Shown: positions 36,131-40,555 of the stretch, piece after piece
Position numbering within the stretch: the stretch's first letter is position 1
How the letters are laid out: every line of letters begins with the position of its first letter
Source of the DNA: Folioceros fuciformis
Taxonomy: Eukaryota
DNA: 40,555 bases
NCBI GenBank assembly: GCA_049999805.1
Contig: JBNGIO010006337.1
Coordinates: 66,902 to 107,456 of the forward strand
Direction of reading: 5' to 3'
Translations under genes and position numbers: made by a program
The notes under the pieces: model-generated
Databases searched by the model: none
What the model saw: the letters and a program-made list of their open reading frames with translations, nothing else
What the model was told of the DNA's origin: nothing

Positions 36131-39100
36131 ATGAAGGCGGGTTCTGCGAAGGCTGAGAAGCCGCCCCCGAGCTTCAAGGGAACCCCTGTGAGGACGACAG
36201 GGAGGGAGGATTATGACAGGCTCGTGGCTGAGAGGAGGACGCCGCAGACTGCAAGATCTGCCAGGCGGGTCGGGGAGGATCCTAACAGGTTGATGCAGCT
36301 GGAGAAGTGTTGGACCACACCCAGGAGGAGGGTGGCTGGACGGGACAATTGTAGCGAGAATCTGCAGACGTCATCACATACGAGGACGAACCTTAAGCCA
36401 CAGTCTCTGTTTACTCCTCCCAGGCACTACCGAGAGGAGGTTTGGCCGAGAACAGCATCCGTGGCCTTGTCGCCGATCAACGTGAATGGGAGTGTGGCTG
36501 GAAAGGACGGGAGGCACGGGAAAGTTGTCGGTGATGTCTGTGCGAGCACTCCTGCTGATAGAGCGGTTTCTCAGGCTGACGACCTCGTTCCGTCATTGAG
36601 CGCATCAGGTTGGCGAACTCCTCCTCCCACCCCCTCACTGTAGAGCCTAGTCGTGGGGTTACTTTCTTGTAAGACTATTGACAGCTGATGAAGTCGGTGG
36701 TGCCGCTGCGGAGAGCTCTTTTCGAAGTTACTAACACATTGTCGTGGAACTCCTGCAAACAGGACGGAGGGTGCAGTTTGGATCGAGGACTAAGACCGTA
36801 AAATCTAAAGAGCTGTTTCAAGCAGGTAAAGGTCGGTGTCGGTAGTCAAATGGTCAGACACTTTTTTCCAGTCAGTGCGTGTTGTTGATGGTTTCGAAAC
36901 TGTCGGCCATGGAAAATGATGAAATTTGGATTATGTTGTCTTCTCTGTGCAGACTCTGGGGAAGAGGATGGCGGACAGAAGCGTGTTGTCTGGAGCAACC
37001 CTACTTTCTGTGCTCAGGGCCTCTGGGAAAAAGACGCGTACATGTCATCTCCTGGTCATGAATCAGGTGCTGTTAACTTGAGTATTCCTGAAGTGGCTGG
37101 TGCCACGGAAGGGGAGGGGGAGGGGGAGGGGGAGGGGGAGTTTCTCTCATTAGATGCATTCCGCCAGCTCAGATCTTGCCAAGACAAGGCTATCAGCAAG
37201 TCTTCACTGGCCGTTGATGAAACCATGTCCATGGCGGCCGGACTCTCGCATGTAGCTCGTCGAGGAAGCCTGGGGGCCTCCTCAGTTTCAGCCTCAGAAG
37301 GAGACACAAGTTCCATTATTATGTCTGCGGAGGATCTCGCAGCTGGGTCACTGGAATCTGCTGAAGGTGTCCGAGAATACGCGGACAGACAGCAGGATGT
37401 TGATGTGGCTTTTGTGGAGGCCGATTTGGAGGCAGACATTTGCCGCAACATTGAGGAGGAAATAGCAAATGAGATCAGGGTCTTGAGCGAAAAGCTGGCT
37501 GAGTTGCATGCAAGACAAGGAGTGTCTTACACTGACCGGGAGCAGTGCCCAGCTGTTGCTCTCAGCTGTCCTCAGACTCCGATTCTGTCTGCTGTGAAGG
37601 ATCGGGCTGCAGGGAAGGTACACTTCTTCCAAGACTCCTCAACAGAAGCAAGTGCAAGTGCTGCAAGTCCAATTGCACAGAGTCCGGCAAAGCCGATTAG
37701 TAACGTCGAAGCATCTCCATCAGTTGGGGGAGGGACCATTTCTCAAGCAGGAGAAACCAGCAGTGGTAAAAGCAGAAAGGGCAGAATAGTCTCAGCGAAG
37801 TTTTTGGATTGGACCACCAAGGAGGCAGGCACTTGCAAGTCTGGAGAGAAGAAGGCAGCCTCCAAGAATACTCCGGGACCTTTTGGTTCTTGTCCACAAC
37901 CTGGTCGAAGGGGGCTGAGCTTGGGAGGAGCAACTCTCATCACCAAGAGGAGGGAAGCAAGTGCTCATAGCCCCCACCCCCAATCGTCCAGGAAACTGGA
38001 ACCGAGGAGTTGTCTTCCCTCCGTAGGTGCTCAAGTACTCCCATCTCCATTGAAGCGAGGTGGCGAAGAGCAAAACAGGGCTCACGTGGAAGATAACGTG
38101 GGAGGGGTGAAGATGTCAAGCTTGAGCCACAGAGCAGCTACGGCCCCAGGAGCGGCAAGGCAGGGGAAGGCTGAAGCAGAACTGCCAGTTACAGACGCTA
38201 TCGGCAGCCTTCCATTACAGGGTGGTACGAGCAGTGCATGGCCATCTCTTGCTGTTAGCAAGCGGTTCGACTGGATAAAAACGTTGAGATCAGGCGCCCA
38301 AGGCAAGTCTCGAATGGTGCAAGAGGATGCTCAAACCCCCAATGGCACGGATGATGCTGAGGTGAAATCACGACTTCATGCTGCGAAGGCGTCGCCTGGA
38401 ATGAGCAGCATCCCCGAGAGAACTGACTTGCAGGTACCAAGATCTGCTGGCAGTCGTACAGTTGCCAGCCGGTACGGCACTTCTCCAGTCCTGGCTGCTG
38501 TGGAGAAGAGCAGCGATGGTGGACGAACGCCAGACGACAGGGGCAAGAGGGAGGGAAGCCGTTCCGACACTGGAAGGAAACCCACAATTCGTAGTGGGTA
38601 TCCCACTCCACCAGCTAGCAGTCCTGCTATTAAGCCACTGAAAAATGACAACATGAAGTCTCGGGCTGCATTGATGGATGCGGCGTCGCTGGCGCACAAG
38701 GTGACACCGAAAGGCAATTCGTGTGCTATGCAAGATGCTCCTGCTGGGTTGGCTCTAGCGGGTGCGTCATCGAAGAAGCCCGCCTTTTCAGCTGGCAAGA
38801 CTGCCCTATCCAAGTTGAATCTGGGTCCGGGTAGTCAGCTCGCTCAGAAGTACAGGTCCCAGGCTGTTACAGCGGATGGTGGGTCGTCGAGACACGGGCA
38901 GAAAGCTGGGAACGGGGATGTCCTGCTGGACTCACCAATCCCAACATGTGATCTCTCTAGCAAGTTTGAGCAGCTTGCTGTCAGGACGCTCAACAAGGAT
39001 AGCTCGAAGGAAAAGAGGGTCGGCACCTCGAATGATAAGCCGGACAACAGCGCAAAGGAGAAGACTGGCATCGGCGCAAAGGGGAAGTCGGATAACAGTG

Positions 39101-40005
39101 TGTGGCAAAGGCTAACGAAACAGTCCAGAGGATCTACCACAGTGTCTGCCGCACCTTCCGCGCCGCGATCTCCTGCACAGTCGTCAAGGAAAGCCAAAGT
39201 CCTTCAGACGCCATCTGCAAAGCCTGAGCGCAGGGGATCGCAAGAGGAATGCGTGAACACACCAGCCGACTTCTCTACGGAGCAGGAGTTCAGAACGCCG
39301 ACTGTGCTTTTCTCTCCTCCTCCAACAGCCCGGGTTACTCGCGATTACTTGAAGCCAGTGGTTACTCAATTGCGTTCACAGCTGGATAGCAGCCCTGCTC
39401 TCAAGAAGTACTCCGATCTGCTGAAGGATCTCGACGCCTTGGAGATGGAAAGGCGACAGCTGCCAAAAATTTCCACGAAGACACTCTTTGGCATCAGCCC
39501 CCGGGACTCAGGCTGTGTGAAGCGGGCTATTGAGCAGACCAACAGCCATCCCTTCAGAAGTTCCGAGAGCCAGCCAATTGCTTTTGAACTGAGTGAGCTG
39601 GATTCAATAGCTCTGAGCCAGAACCTGGAGAGCCTGGCAGGCCAGCTTGCTGTCAACGTCTCCAGCGAATGGAGCCGAAGTGGAGGAGGTGAAGCCATGA
39701 ACAGAGATGACACAATGCAGGGCCTGCTAGTTGGTTGCCTGGAGACGTACGCCAGAGAGGGCAGGTGGGAGAACGGCGCCCTGATGCAACATCTGAAGGA
39801 AGATCTTCTCGCAAGTTATGCGAAGGAAAGGAGTGGGCTCCACATGTCCGAAGACGGTGTCTTTGGAGAGCAGCAGCCTGAGGATGCATCACGAAAATCG
39901 GAGCTGGAAACACTGTGGCTCCTTGTTGACAGGCTTGACAAGGAAAGGCGAGATTCTGTTTATGAGATGCTCAGCCGACAGCTCTCCGTGATTCAGCAGG
40001 ACTAA
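36131..40005 (+). CDS. Large Ser/Pro-rich, mostly disordered plant protein, 1197 aa; exons 36131-36608, 36763-36825, 36953-40005; probable 5'-UTR intron at about 35807-36070
   Basis: Phase-consistent GT-AG splicing (478+63+3053 nt) onto the 1029-codon ORF. Conserved-looking islands: VWSNPTF, coiled coil IEEEIANEIRVLSEKLAEL, GRIVSAKF, RRGLSLG, RTVASRY, LPKI...SPRDSGCVKR. From memory these resemble an uncharacterised land-plant family; unverified. Confidence 0.8.
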
Positions 40006-40555
40006 GCGTAATTTCCCCCGAAATGTCCTGTACAGGTTGCAACTTTGTCCCCGCTGCTTTGCAAGGAGTAGTAGATCGTCCTGGCTGACCATAGACGACC
40101 TCGTCGGTGGAACATTTTGAGACAGCAAAGAAAAAACATGTATGTATGTAGGTATGTATGTAGCATCCCGGTCGTTTGCCCAAGCGTCGGGTTCTCATCC
40201 TCAGCGCAGGCCAGTCTCGTGGGCCAGCGAGGTGTGTGGGCACCGCGCCGCCAATTCTTGCCTGTATCCCGAGGATGAGGACGGACCATGATGTGATATC
40301 AGCCTTTGTATTCTATTAAATCACCACGTAACGTGAGCCGGTTTGCCCCGGATTGCCGCTTGTTGCTTTTTCATTGGAGCATTTTGTTCGCTTGCTTTGG
40401 GGTAAGGCCAGTGGGTTTTGAGGCCAGAATTGGTTAGGTCGAAAGTGCTGGCTGCAAACTTAGGAACTTATAAATGTTCACTAAATTCACCATACGGTAC
40501 GAACAACATACGGACATGAAATGCAAATAATATTCTTAAACCTAAGCTATGTAGG

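Overview
Eukaryotic land-plant nuclear DNA: gene-dense, with many short GT-AG introns (mostly about 70-130 nt) and three 100-N scaffold gaps. The compact architecture suggests a bryophyte such as a hornwort (inference only). Recognisable host genes are a SLX1-like GIY-YIG protein with substituted catalytic residues (-), the NUDT3 Nudix/dipeptidyl-peptidase III fusion (+), RHM UDP-rhamnose synthase (-), the RRC1/SR140 splicing factor (-), an EF-hand mitochondrial-carrier-family protein with a Brittle1-like carrier domain (-), a CYP71-clan P450 pseudogene (+), and a 1197-aa Ser/Pro-rich protein whose promoter carries five MSA (AACGG) cores (+). The first about 6 kb is a repeat/TE-rich accessory region. 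It holds the most unusual element: an intact, highly divergent TATA-binding-protein-like ORF with no introns in the CDS (3232-3960, -). Immediately upstream lies a probable internally deleted tandem paralog sharing the same leader, and upstream of that a decayed LINE in the same orientation. All family assignments come from motif recognition by eye; no database search was run.
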